From contig QCMT01000002.1 of assembly GCA_003213625.1 (NCBI GenBank), positions 22,152-86,151 on the forward strand: a stretch of 64,000 nucleotides of DNA, read 5' to 3'. The first letter of the stretch is position 1; each line of letters starts with the position of its first letter. Shown piece after piece: positions 54,112 to 63,881 of the stretch. Below the pieces are notes generated by a model, which was given only the letters and a program-made list of their open reading frames with translations, had not been told where the DNA came from and ran no database searches. This stretch comes from OCS155 cluster bacterium AG-422-J23. GTDB taxonomy: Bacteria > Actinomycetota > Acidimicrobiia > Actinomarinales > Actinomarinaceae. Made by a program: the position numbers and the translations under genes.

Positions 54112-56762
54112 TGTTTGGATTTACAAAAAGACCCCTTCTATTAATAGCTTGGAAAAATCTTAAAACTTATCCAGTAAGAATATTTCTGACAACCTCATCA
54201 ATTATTCTTGGAGTTTCAGTCATAATTGCTGCGAATATTTTCTCTGAAAGCAACAAAAACGCATTCGATAATTTATTTTCTGGCGTATTTGAAGGAATAG
54301 ATCTAGTTGTTCAGCCTATCCAGGAAGATTTTGCTCAAGGCTTTGGAGACGATGGTGGTCAGGGACCAATATCATTTGAGTTTAGAAAAATTTCTGATAA
54401 AAAGATAAATGAAATAAAGAGCATAGATGGTGTAAAAGATGCATGGGGTGATGTTATTGGGTTTGCTCAATTCATAAAATTTGGACCAAGACAAGATTGT
54501 CATGCTTTTAACCCAGAATGTGAAAGAGAAACTATCTTAATTCAAAATGGTTTTGCCCCTACTTTTGGAGCTGCGTGGGATACATCACCTTACGCCTCAC
54601 AGTGGGAAATAATTGATGGACAGCCTCCAACAAATAACAAAGAGGTCGTTATGGACTCAACAACGGCTGAAGGAAATGGGTTTAGTGTTGGAGACAGAGT
54701 CACTGTACTTGCTGGGGCTATACCAGCTACTTTCACGATCGTTGGAATAGCAGAATTTGCAAATACGGGGTCACCTGGTGGAGCATCTTTTGCTCTTTTT
54801 GATTTTAGAACTGCACAAGTTCTTTTAGATTCTATAGGTGAAGTAGATTTTATAAATGTTGTCGTTGATGAAAATGCTGACATAAATGAAGTTCGAAATG
54901 CTATTTCAAATATCGACAGTCAAGGTTTAGAAGTTATTGATGCACAGGAAGCAGCAGCTGAACAAGCCGACTCTATAAAACAAGGCCTTGATTTTTTTAA
55001 TACTATATTGAACGTATTTGCAGGTATAGCTATCTTTGTAGGTGCTTTTATTATTCAAAATACGTTTAGAATCCTTTTACTACAAAGAACAAAAGAGCTA
55101 TCTTTGTTGAGAGCTTTAGGAACTTCTAAGAGACAGATTTATAGACTTGTTGTCTCAGAATCATTATATATGGCAGTAATTGGCTCAGGACTTGGAGTCG
55201 CACTTGGCATTGGTTTATCAGTAGTTGTTAAAGAGGGATTAAAGTATTTTGATTTTGGTCTACCTGAAGGTCCTTTAGTTTTAACTCCTAGTGCTGCAGT
55301 CACAGGAATTATTATTGGTGTAGTTGTCACTATATTTTCATCGTTGTTGCCGGCCAGAAAAGCATCTCAAGTGAGCCCACTTGAAGCTATTAGAGACAGT
55401 CAGTCAACTCCAAAAAGAAAGTCACTATTTATACGATTGATTGTTGGATCATCAGTATCATTGTCAGGTTTAGGTATTCTTTTCGGTGTTTTGTACTCTT
55501 TTTTTAGAGTTCCATCTTTATCTGTCCTTCAACAAGTGGGCTTAGGTGCAAGCATAATCTTTATTGGTATTTCAGTAATTACACCCTCAATCACAAAACC
55601 TTTTGTTACAATCTTCGATAAAATTTACAAAACTATTTTTGGAATTCTTGGTAAATTGGCAACGGAAAACTCTAAAAGAACTCCACGAAGGACTGCCTCC
55701 ACTGCTTCAGCATTAATGATCGGACTAACCTTAATATCTCTTGCTAACGTTTTAACTACATCCTTTAAAGCACAAGCTGAGAAAGTTGTAAAAGAAGTTG
55801 TTCTTGCAGATTATCAGGTTAGTGCAGCTCAAATTTTTGCATCTCCAGGTATTCCAACAGGTCTATCTCAAGAATTAATTGAACTTGAAGAGGTTACGGA
55901 ACTATCAAGAACACGAGCTACCGTTGTTGGTTACAACAATAGACCATTGATACTGGGAGCTGTTGATAAAGAGGTTTTTGATCTAATCAAGACCGTTGAC
56001 ATTGCCGGTTCAAGAGAGGATTTTTACGAACAAGACGCTATTGGGGTTTTAAAATTTAAAGCTGATAATGATAATATTTCACTAAACGACAGAGTAACTT
56101 TGACGATACCTGAAGTAGGAAAAAAAGAATTTATTGTTAAATATATTTTTGACTGGACCACACAGCCCCCAGCTGAATTTTTTCTTCTTTTAGATAATCA
56201 CGAATTTTTCTCAAACGAATCTTTAGATACAGAATTATATTTCAACGTTATAAACAAGGATGAAGCTACTAAAAATAAACTTGATGATATTGTAGATCAT
56301 TACCCAGGAGTAACATTACGTGATCAAGATGCTCTGATTGAAGAGGCAAATAGCCAGATCCAATTGTTGTTGAATGTTATTTATGGATTTTTATCTATAT
56401 CTATTTTTGTGGCTTTATTTGGAATTACGAACACTCTTTCATTATCAGTTTATGAAAGAACTAGGGAGATTGGTTTAATGAGAGCAATAGGAACGTTAAG
56501 AAAACAAATTAGAAATATGGTATTTATAGAATCTTCAATCATTTCAGTATTTGGTGCAATACTTGGAACGGGTCTTGGTATATTTTTTGCATGGAGTCTA
56601 ATTCAAGCACTTGAGGATCAAGGTTTTACAGAATTTGTTGTTTCTACCCAGCAGACAATTTTATGGATCGGAATTGCAATACTTTCGGGCGTAATTGCTG
56701 CAATCATTCCTGCAATTAGAGCTTCAAGACAAAATATACTTGAAGCTATTTCTTACGAATAA
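54111..56762 (+). CDS. ABC transporter permease with two FtsX/MacB modules (about 10 TM)
   Basis: 883 aa; two large extracytoplasmic domains, each followed by an FtsX-like 3-TM bundle (LRALGTSKRQI, MRAIGTLRKQI). Confidence 0.85.
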   Translation: MFGFTKRPLLLIAWKNLKTYPVRIFLTTSSIILGVSVIIAANIFSESNKNAFDNLFSGVFEGIDLVVQPIQEDFAQGFGDDGGQGPISFEFRKISDKKINEIKSIDGVKDAWGDVIGFAQFIKFGPRQDCHAFNPECERETILIQNGFAPTFGAAWDTSPYASQWEIIDGQPPTNNKEVVMDSTTAEGNGFSVGDRVTVLAGAIPATFTIVGIAEFANTGSPGGASFALFDFRTAQVLLDSIGEVDFINVVVDENADINEVRNAISNIDSQGLEVIDAQEAAAEQADSIKQGLDFFNTILNVFAGIAIFVGAFIIQNTFRILLLQRTKELSLLRALGTSKRQIYRLVVSESLYMAVIGSGLGVALGIGLSVVVKEGLKYFDFGLPEGPLVLTPSAAVTGIIIGVVVTIFSSLLPARKASQVSPLEAIRDSQSTPKRKSLFIRLIVGSSVSLSGLGILFGVLYSFFRVPSLSVLQQVGLGASIIFIGISVITPSITKPFVTIFDKIYKTIFGILGKLATENSKRTPRRTASTASALMIGLTLISLANVLTTSFKAQAEKVVKEVVLADYQVSAAQIFASPGIPTGLSQELIELEEVTELSRTRATVVGYNNRPLILGAVDKEVFDLIKTVDIAGSREDFYEQDAIGVLKFKADNDNISLNDRVTLTIPEVGKKEFIVKYIFDWTTQPPAEFFLLLDNHEFFSNESLDTELYFNVINKDEATKNKLDDIVDHYPGVTLRDQDALIEEANSQIQLLLNVIYGFLSISIFVALFGITNTLSLSVYERTREIGLMRAIGTLRKQIRNMVFIESSIISVFGAILGTGLGIFFAWSLIQALEDQGFTEFVVSTQQTILWIGIAILSGVIAAIIPAIRASRQNILEAISYE

Positions 56763-56765
56763 AAC

Positions 56766-59700
56766 TCAAGGATTTCCAGGAGGAGGTGCTTCTCCACCGC
56801 CACCGCCACCACCAGGAGGTTCAGGAGGAGGTGCTTCTCCACCACCACCAGGAGGTTCAGGAGGAGGTGCTTCTCCACCACCACCAGGAGGAACATCGCC
56901 TTCACCACCAGGAGGAACATCGCCTTCACCACCAGGAGGTGCTTCACCACCAGGAGGAGGATTGTAGCCTTCTCCTTCAGGAGGTGGTCCTTGACCTTCT
57001 TGTCCAGGCTGACATCCTGGTGCAGCTGGATTATTTGCACAATCTTCTTGATCTTGCTGTCCACTAGGAGGTGTATTTCCACCAGGAGGATTATCTCCAC
57101 CACCAGGAGGAGGATTGTAGCCTTCTCCTTCAGGAGGTGGTCCTTGACCTTCTTGTCCACCACTTTGAGGGCAACCAGGTGCATAAGGGTTATCGTCACA
57201 ATCTTGATCTTGTATTATTCCATCTTGAGGTGGAGGAGGTGGAACATTAGAGCAAGAAGGGTCATCAGGATTTTCATCACAATAATTTCCTGTAAAATCT
57301 GTATATGTATCTGTTTGTTCCTTAAATTCTCCAGCTTTTTGTTCGTCACCCCAGAACCCAATATTTGCTGGTGCAACTCCAGGTGGAACAGGCTCACCAC
57401 TTACTGGTCCAAAGATGTCAGTCTGGGGAGATCCTTGACCTCCAACTGGCTGAACAAAACATAATGGGTCTTGTGGATTGTTCTCACATAGTTCACCAGT
57501 ATCTTCTGGGTTGAAAGATTCATATTCAGCAATTCCATCTTGTCCTCCCGAAAACAAATTAGAATTTTCAGGACTGAAACCAACAGAACAAGCTGGATCA
57601 TTCTGGTTTTCTGGAGCTGTGCAATCAATAACTAAATAATCATTGTGATTTCCATATCTTTGTGATGCTAAATCATCAGCACCATTTATTGAATCATAGA
57701 AAACTCCTTGTTTTTCCAAATCAATATACGAGTCATCACTAAACAAATTTCCTAAAAATTCACCAGTTTCTAATGGTTTAGGACCGAAATAGTCTCTTGA
57801 ACACTCTGGATGATTAGGATCGTCAGAGCAAAAATTAGGAAGCTGACCAAGTTCTTCAACAGTTGGCGCTGCATAAGTTGCTAATAAATTACCAGTTAGA
57901 GGTCCTTGTAATCCACCCCCCTGTCCAAAATTTGGATCACATTCAGGTGCATCCGGATTTTCATTACAATAACTTGGTTGAACGTATTCACCGTCTTCAA
58001 AAATATCTGATGGTCTAAAATCTTCACTACACTCCGGAGCACTTTCATTTTCTTGACAGAACTCAGGTGGTGGACCTTCTAATTGTTGAGGGCCCCCATA
58101 TATATCAAACATATCATTTCTGTCTAACGCAATAGCTGTAGCCTGCCCAACATGTTCATGAAAAAAGTCACCTTCACCTGTACACATCGGATCATCTGGG
58201 TAGGATGTACAGTCAACCGGTTTCCATTCGTCTCCAAGTACTTCATCATCATAAACATGAAAAAAGGTGTATACAGCTACAGAGTTTCCTCCAGTACACA
58301 TTGGGTCATCTGTATTCTCTTCGCAAAAAGTTGAATTATCATCATTGTTGAAAAATACATTCCCAACATTTTCATTATTCTGACATGATTCTGGATTAGC
58401 CTCGCAAAAAGATCCGCCCTCTTTAAATTCATCTCCAACATACCCAGGTCCGTTTGCACATTCAGGTAACCATGGAGACTCTTCACAATAATTTGGTTTT
58501 AAGTCATTTTCTGTGAATGTATAGGCAAACCCCATGTCATTTACCATATCTTCAACAAAGTGGTTTCCTGCAAATGCCTGGGCAAGAAAATCTGGATCAG
58601 GACCTCCACCCAAACAATCTTCATCTTCAGGATTATCGTAACAATAAGTTCCCTCAGCAAATCCTTCAGTTTCTGCATTAACAAACATGTTCGCAGCTGC
58701 AAGTGCCATTGCTGAGGCAACATCTCCTGTTTCCGCAAGCTCATTCACAGCATTTGTATCAGCGGATATAAACTGCATCATTCCGTGTTGAGCTCTAAAC
58801 CCACCATGTTCCTCATGATTAAACCCAAGATCTTTTAATTCCACATTCTCATGAACTTTTGCAGCATCTCCAAAATTATCTGCAAGTGTGAGAGGTGGAA
58901 GTTCTTGCCATTGACCATCATCTCCTGGGGCGGTATTCCAAGCCTCATCTATAAACTCTTTTACCTCTGCTTCTGGAACAGCAACCTCAGCAACAACCTG
59001 GGCTAAATTTTCAACAGATTGAGTTATTTCTTCTGGAGCGCCAGCAGCTGTAAGAAGAGTTGATGTAAGATCTAATCTTTCAGTATCATTTTCAGTAAAA
59101 ACAGCATTTGGAGCAGTGTCAGGAGTTAGAGTTTCAGACCCATCAGCTAATCCCTCTTGAGTTTCTGCTTTACAAGTGTAACTACAATCACCCTCCATGT
59201 TTGATACAAAATCATCAACAATAAGAGCTACTGTTCCTGGTTCTTCCTCTGTCCAGCCAGAACCTCCAGTTGTTGCACTTCCAAGCTCTGTTCCAGCAGT
59301 TTGTGAAATTGCTACAAGTACGGGTTGACCATTCTCATCTGGAAGGAGTTCGCTGAAAACAGCATCATCAGTTTCTTCACCACCTTCTAGGACGGTACTC
59401 TTTGCTGATAATGTTGTAACATCATATTCAAAAACACCTTCCGTTCCATGAACTGAAAGCTCTGCAGTAGGGGTGACAATTTTAGCTAGAGAAGCCTGGA
59501 GACCTTCACTTTTTATATCATATGCAATACTTCCTGAGATTACATCAACTGTTAAAACTCTTGCTTTTGCTTCCTCATCATAGTCAAAACTTCTTATGTT
59601 AATAACGGAGTTACCTCCCATTAAAAGTGATGAACCATCTTCAAAGGTCATTTGAGCAGTACCATTGTCAGCTGTTCTAATCTTCACACCCATATCTAGT

Positions 59701-59969
59701 GGAACAATCTCACTAATCACTTCCCAGTCACTTGAAGCATCTGTGAGAATACCTGTTGCTCCAATAAGAGGTTTTAAGAGAATTGGAGGAACAACCAAAT
59801 CTGTTTCGTTATAGATTTCCCCAGAAGATGTTTCTACATCCGCAACTGTAGTTGTTGTAGTTTCTTCGGTAGCATCAGTACTTTCATTTGATGTATCATC
59901 TGAACCACCACAGGCAGAAAGAATTAGAAAAAGAATAGTTAAAATAACAAAACTTTTTTTATGTTTCAT
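56766..59969 (-). CDS. giant secreted lipoprotein: FecR-like domain, 13 Cys mini-loop repeats, Pro/Gly-rich repetitive C-terminal tail
   Basis: Start moved to MKHKKSFVILTILFLILSACGG. FecR-like GVKIRTADNGTAQMTFEDGSSLLMGGNSV...IVTPTAELSVHGTEG. 13 x C-[DESAT]-x-N/x-P-x-x-P-x-C. Tail (GQEGQGPPPEGEGYNPPPGG)x2 and (PPGGGGEAPPPE)n. Confidence 0.8.
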   Translation of the reverse strand: MKHKKSFVILTILFLILSACGGSDDTSNESTDATEETTTTTVADVETSSGEIYNETDLVVPPILLKPLIGATGILTDASSDWEVISEIVPLDMGVKIRTADNGTAQMTFEDGSSLLMGGNSVINIRSFDYDEEAKARVLTVDVISGSIAYDIKSEGLQASLAKIVTPTAELSVHGTEGVFEYDVTTLSAKSTVLEGGEETDDAVFSELLPDENGQPVLVAISQTAGTELGSATTGGSGWTEEEPGTVALIVDDFVSNMEGDCSYTCKAETQEGLADGSETLTPDTAPNAVFTENDTERLDLTSTLLTAAGAPEEITQSVENLAQVVAEVAVPEAEVKEFIDEAWNTAPGDDGQWQELPPLTLADNFGDAAKVHENVELKDLGFNHEEHGGFRAQHGMMQFISADTNAVNELAETGDVASAMALAAANMFVNAETEGFAEGTYCYDNPEDEDCLGGGPDPDFLAQAFAGNHFVEDMVNDMGFAYTFTENDLKPNYCEESPWLPECANGPGYVGDEFKEGGSFCEANPESCQNNENVGNVFFNNDDNSTFCEENTDDPMCTGGNSVAVYTFFHVYDDEVLGDEWKPVDCTSYPDDPMCTGEGDFFHEHVGQATAIALDRNDMFDIYGGPQQLEGPPPEFCQENESAPECSEDFRPSDIFEDGEYVQPSYCNENPDAPECDPNFGQGGGLQGPLTGNLLATYAAPTVEELGQLPNFCSDDPNHPECSRDYFGPKPLETGEFLGNLFSDDSYIDLEKQGVFYDSINGADDLASQRYGNHNDYLVIDCTAPENQNDPACSVGFSPENSNLFSGGQDGIAEYESFNPEDTGELCENNPQDPLCFVQPVGGQGSPQTDIFGPVSGEPVPPGVAPANIGFWGDEQKAGEFKEQTDTYTDFTGNYCDENPDDPSCSNVPPPPPQDGIIQDQDCDDNPYAPGCPQSGGQEGQGPPPEGEGYNPPPGGGDNPPGGNTPPSGQQDQEDCANNPAAPGCQPGQEGQGPPPEGEGYNPPPGGEAPPGGEGDVPPGGEGDVPPGGGGEAPPPEPPGGGGEAPPPEPPGGGGGGGEAPPPGNP
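56777..57159. repeat. GC-rich coding tandem/dispersed repeats (36-bp x2-3, 24-bp x2, 57-bp x2)
   Basis: 36-mers at 56815-56850 and 56851-56886. 24-mers at 56887-56910 and 56911-56934. 57-mers at 56950-57006 and 57103-57159. Confidence 0.9.
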
Positions 59970-60078
59970 GTCTATATTCAATATCCTAGACAAAATTTCT
60001 TTCATGTTCTATTTTGATTAATTTAATGTTTGCCACTCTCTTTAGTAAAAAAATAAATATCTTTTACAATAAACACAT

Positions 60079-61371
60079 ATGAAAAACGCTTATATTACTG
60101 AGTTATTGTCAAAATTAGTGGAAATTCCATCTATAAGCTCTCTTGATGAAAACCATAAAGATGTATTAGATTCAGCAAATTATATTGCTGAATTATTCAA
60201 TGAGATTGGTTTAAAATCAAAGGTCACTTCAAGTAAAAATAGTAAACCAGCCGTACTTGGTCAGACTGAAATAGACCCATCTAAAAAAACCGTTCTTCTC
60301 TATGCACATCATGATGTTCAACCAGTTGGCGATATAAATAAATGGGATACAGATCCCTTTAAACCAGAGATTATTGATGGAAGACTTTTTGCAAGAGGCT
60401 CAGGAGATAACAAAGCAGGAGTTGTAACTCATTACGAAGTTGTTAAAAAATTGATAGATGACCTACCTGTAAATATAAAAATCTTTATCGAAGGTGAAGA
60501 GGAAATTGGTTCTCCTTTCATGGCAGAGTTTATAGAAGAAAACAAAAGTGACTTAGAAGCAGATGTCATTGTTATTGCTGATTCTGGAAATATTAAGTCA
60601 GGTGTCCCAACTATTACAACATCCCTGAGAGGTTTGGTTGATGGAATTATTGTTGTTGATCAGCAAATGAATCCTGTTCACTCAGGTCTTGGAGGTGGTG
60701 TTGTACCTGATGCATTTATGGTATTAAGTAAAATTATTTCATCATTTCATAATGAAAAAGGGGAACTATTAATTGATGGATTAACTTCGACTGACCAGGA
60801 CGTGTATGAATTATCTGAAGAGTTTGTACAAAACTCCCTTTCTTCTAATGGTGTAAATTTATTTGAAATGGATAGCTATTCAAAACGATTATGGCTCGAA
60901 CCAGCATTGAGTATTTTAGCTATCGATGCCCCACCCGTAGAAGAATCAGTTAATCTACTTATTCCAAAAGCTAGAGCAAAAGTAAGTTTGAGATTACCTC
61001 CCACAGAAGATCCAGATCATGCAATGGATATGCTCCATAAACATATAAAAGAGAACACGCCTTGGAATGCAAATGTTGAATTTATTCCTGAAGCAAAAGG
61101 AAAAGGTGTACTAGTAGATCCGCAAAAAGAGTTTTCAACACAATTGATCAAATCTTTTGATAAATACTGGGATAATGACGTTGCATTTATGGGTGTAGGT
61201 GGTTCCATACCTTTCGCAAACATATTTACAGAACAGTTTCCAAATGCTGAGATTGTTTTGGTTGGAGCAGGAGATGAAGAAGGTAATGCTCATGCACCAA
61301 ATGAAAGTGTAAATATTGACGATATTCAAAGACTTATTGATAGTCTTACAGACGCACTTTCAAATTATTAA
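60079..61371 (+). CDS. M20 family metallopeptidase (dipeptidase/ArgE-DapE-like)
   Basis: LLYAHHDVQPVGD, RGSGDNKAG, EGEEEIGS, and a C-terminal HAPNE motif. Confidence 0.85.
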   Translation: MKNAYITELLSKLVEIPSISSLDENHKDVLDSANYIAELFNEIGLKSKVTSSKNSKPAVLGQTEIDPSKKTVLLYAHHDVQPVGDINKWDTDPFKPEIIDGRLFARGSGDNKAGVVTHYEVVKKLIDDLPVNIKIFIEGEEEIGSPFMAEFIEENKSDLEADVIVIADSGNIKSGVPTITTSLRGLVDGIIVVDQQMNPVHSGLGGGVVPDAFMVLSKIISSFHNEKGELLIDGLTSTDQDVYELSEEFVQNSLSSNGVNLFEMDSYSKRLWLEPALSILAIDAPPVEESVNLLIPKARAKVSLRLPPTEDPDHAMDMLHKHIKENTPWNANVEFIPEAKGKGVLVDPQKEFSTQLIKSFDKYWDNDVAFMGVGGSIPFANIFTEQFPNAEIVLVGAGDEEGNAHAPNESVNIDDIQRLIDSLTDALSNY

Positions 61372-61502
61372 CAGAATGTTAATTTGAGGTAAATTCTTCA
61401 AATTCAACTACAAGCTCACAAATATCTTTATATAATCAGCTTGAGTATGGGGGAAGCTCATATTTATTAACAATTTAGAGGGAACTTAGGGAAGGAAGTT
61501 TT

Positions 61503-62045
61503 ATGAAAAAATTCTTTATTCAAGATGATGTATCAACAGCAAAAACATCTTCAGTAATATTCTTTATATCAGGAGTTGTAGCTTTTATACAGCCAGAGAT
61601 ACTAGTAATCCGAACTTTAGCAAGTTTCTTTGGAGCTGTAGCAATAGCACAGATTGTACTACTTGGCCCACAAATCATGGAAGATAGCATTCCTGAATCT
61701 TGGAACACTGCAAACGCAATGATCGCCGCTGTTATTTTGCTCGATAATTTAATCGACACTGGTTATGTAGCTCGAGAAATAGAAAACCCGATTGCACGAG
61801 AACCAATTTTTATATTTCTTAATTTTGCCTTTCTTGGGTATGCTTTCACGACCGAAGGAAAAATGTCTAATGTTTATAGATATATGATTATGTTTGGTGC
61901 ATCTTCTTTTATTCTTGTTATAGGTGCGGAGTTCTTTTTTGGAGTTGAGATACCCGAATCTCTTGACATAATATTTTTGCCAGTGTTCTTTACGTGGCTT
62001 ATAGGAATTACAGCAGGAACTTACACAGCTTTTAGTAATAAATAA
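61503..62045 (+). CDS. polytopic membrane protein, tandem paralog 1
   Basis: MKKFF...; IPESWNTA and EIPESL motifs shared with the next two genes. Confidence 0.7.
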   Translation: MKKFFIQDDVSTAKTSSVIFFISGVVAFIQPEILVIRTLASFFGAVAIAQIVLLGPQIMEDSIPESWNTANAMIAAVILLDNLIDTGYVAREIENPIAREPIFIFLNFAFLGYAFTTEGKMSNVYRYMIMFGASSFILVIGAEFFFGVEIPESLDIIFLPVFFTWLIGITAGTYTAFSNK

Positions 62046-62063
62046 AAAAAGAAAGGAAATAAA

Positions 62064-62636
62064 GTGAAAGCATTTTTTACCCAACCGATAGGGCAACTAG
62101 CAAGACAAAACTGTATTGGTTTTATTGGTTGCAATTTATATTTAATTGGTAATGGTTTCGGACTATATGAGGGGCCAGAAGGGATTAATAGAATATTCAA
62201 TTTCGCCTGGGCATTTACACTATTAGGAATAATTCTTGGAGGTTATTATTTAATAGAAGATCAAGTACCAGAATACTGGAGAATGGCAACAGGCATATTA
62301 GGTGGTGTGATAATTCTTGGGACATTAATTGAAATATCATTTCCAGAATTTAGGGAAAATGGTTTTGCTGGGATGTATTTTTTATGGGCATTTAACTCAT
62401 TAACATTTTCTTTAACAATAAGAGGTACAGGAGTCTTTAGACCGGTCTATGAATACTTGAGCATTTTTGCTTTTACATTCATAATGATAGGTTCAGGAGC
62501 ACAGCTGTTTTTTGACTACACACCACCAGAGTCAATTCAACCATTATTTGGAATTGGCTGGATTGCCATGATTATTGGATTAGGTGTTGGCAGTTATGTT
62601 GCTTGGGGTGACAAAATGTCATCAAGCACGGAATAA
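62064..62636 (+). CDS. polytopic membrane protein, tandem paralog 2
   Basis: GTG start after aaagaaaggaaataaa; MKAFF...; VPEYWRMA, TPPESI. Confidence 0.7.
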   Translation: MKAFFTQPIGQLARQNCIGFIGCNLYLIGNGFGLYEGPEGINRIFNFAWAFTLLGIILGGYYLIEDQVPEYWRMATGILGGVIILGTLIEISFPEFRENGFAGMYFLWAFNSLTFSLTIRGTGVFRPVYEYLSIFAFTFIMIGSGAQLFFDYTPPESIQPLFGIGWIAMIIGLGVGSYVAWGDKMSSSTE

Positions 62637-62653
62637 AAGAAAGGAAATAAATT

Positions 62654-63193
62654 ATGAAATCATTTTTTGCATCAACAGATAAAGAAAATGCACAACAGGC
62701 TGGTTACTTATTCCTAATTACTAACCTTTTAGGATTTGTAACTACGGGATTAATGGGAATGGAAGCTCCTCCGGGAGAGTTATTGGTAAGCTTTTTATGG
62801 GGTTTAAGCCTTGCTGGTATTTTTCTGACCATCAAACCACTATTAGGAGATAATGTGCCTGAAAATTGGAGAGAAGGCACAACTTTTCTAGCAGCAGCAA
62901 TTTTTGCAGGAAACTGTTTAACACTAGGAAGTGATGGAAATGAATTTGGTCCGTTTTTCTTTTTTATTTGTTTAAACATGGTGGCTTTATATGCAGTTTC
63001 AGAAGGTGTTATTGGTAATATATGGAGATACAACCTTTTAGTCGGAGGGCTTATGGGAGTTATTTTTGCTGGAGCTGGGACATTTTTTGGATATGAACCG
63101 CCAGAAGCTTTAATGCCCCTTCAATTAGTCCTTTGGATAACATTTATCCTAGGTTTAGGTGTAGGGCCACTGTTGGCCTGGAGAGATAGGTAA
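62654..63193 (+). CDS. polytopic membrane protein, tandem paralog 3
   Basis: ATG after aaagaaaggaaataaa; MKSFF...; VPENWREG, EPPEAL. Confidence 0.7.
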   Translation: MKSFFASTDKENAQQAGYLFLITNLLGFVTTGLMGMEAPPGELLVSFLWGLSLAGIFLTIKPLLGDNVPENWREGTTFLAAAIFAGNCLTLGSDGNEFGPFFFFICLNMVALYAVSEGVIGNIWRYNLLVGGLMGVIFAGAGTFFGYEPPEALMPLQLVLWITFILGLGVGPLLAWRDR

Positions 63194-63210
63194 GTAAAGA
63201 AAGGAAAAAA

Positions 63211-63825
63211 ATGAATACATTATCAGATAGTGAAAAAAGAATAGGAAGCCTAATGGCTCGTATATCTGCAGTATGCATCTTTCTATCTTTTGGAGTACAA
63301 GTTGCTTTAGGAGATCCGGGAAGTGCTGGTTACGATTCAGCAACAGGAGGAATAGTTGCAACTTTAAATTATGCACAAGCATTTTCTTTTTTGTTTGTAC
63401 TTGCATTCTCGCTTAAGCTTTTCAATGCTGAAGAGAATGCGTACTTTAGAGTTGTTACGCAAGCATTTTTTGTAGTAATAGCTATAAACATGGTAAATAG
63501 CTTTAATGCAACTGGATACTTTAACAACGAAGGAACAATCTTTACACCAGATCAAATACAGATACTTCAGAATGTAAATGCATGGGGTTGGAACTTACTA
63601 GCTGGAATTGTAGTGCTTTGTGTACTTTCAGTTAATGAAGATCAGCTCCCAACTTATGGAGTTTATGCTGGCTGGGGTGGAGCAATTTTAATATTGGCCT
63701 TTTCTATCGGGAGCATATTTGGACTTCTACCAGAAGGAGCTTTTATTTTAATAGCAGTCTTAGGAGGAGTTGTTTTGTTTCCAGCATTTATATTTTCATT
63801 CTCATCAGCATTTTCTAAAGCATGA
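63211..63825 (+). CDS. polytopic membrane protein, divergent fourth member or unrelated neighbour
   Basis: Same aaagaaaggaaaaaa RBS spacer and similar size and TM layout, but the motifs are not clearly shared. Confidence 0.6.
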   Translation: MNTLSDSEKRIGSLMARISAVCIFLSFGVQVALGDPGSAGYDSATGGIVATLNYAQAFSFLFVLAFSLKLFNAEENAYFRVVTQAFFVVIAINMVNSFNATGYFNNEGTIFTPDQIQILQNVNAWGWNLLAGIVVLCVLSVNEDQLPTYGVYAGWGGAILILAFSIGSIFGLLPEGAFILIAVLGGVVLFPAFIFSFSSAFSKA

Positions 63826-63881
63826 AGTGAAATAGGGCTTTGTAGACATACTTAACTGACGAAATAACGTTAGGAGGAAAA

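Noticed and set aside
56695-57464. Track ORFs 56695-56967(+), 56786-57067(+), 56991-57464(+) and 56753-57199(-) in the Pro/Gly repeat region
   Set aside because: Low-complexity GC-rich repeats stay open in several frames. Only the minus frame is continuous with the 1079-aa ORF that carries a signal peptide and domains.
61372-61502. Possible riboswitch in the 131-nt leader of the membrane-paralog array
   Set aside because: Only weak 5-bp pairings (agctt/aagct) were found and there are no recognisable conserved motif blocks. Evidence is insufficient.
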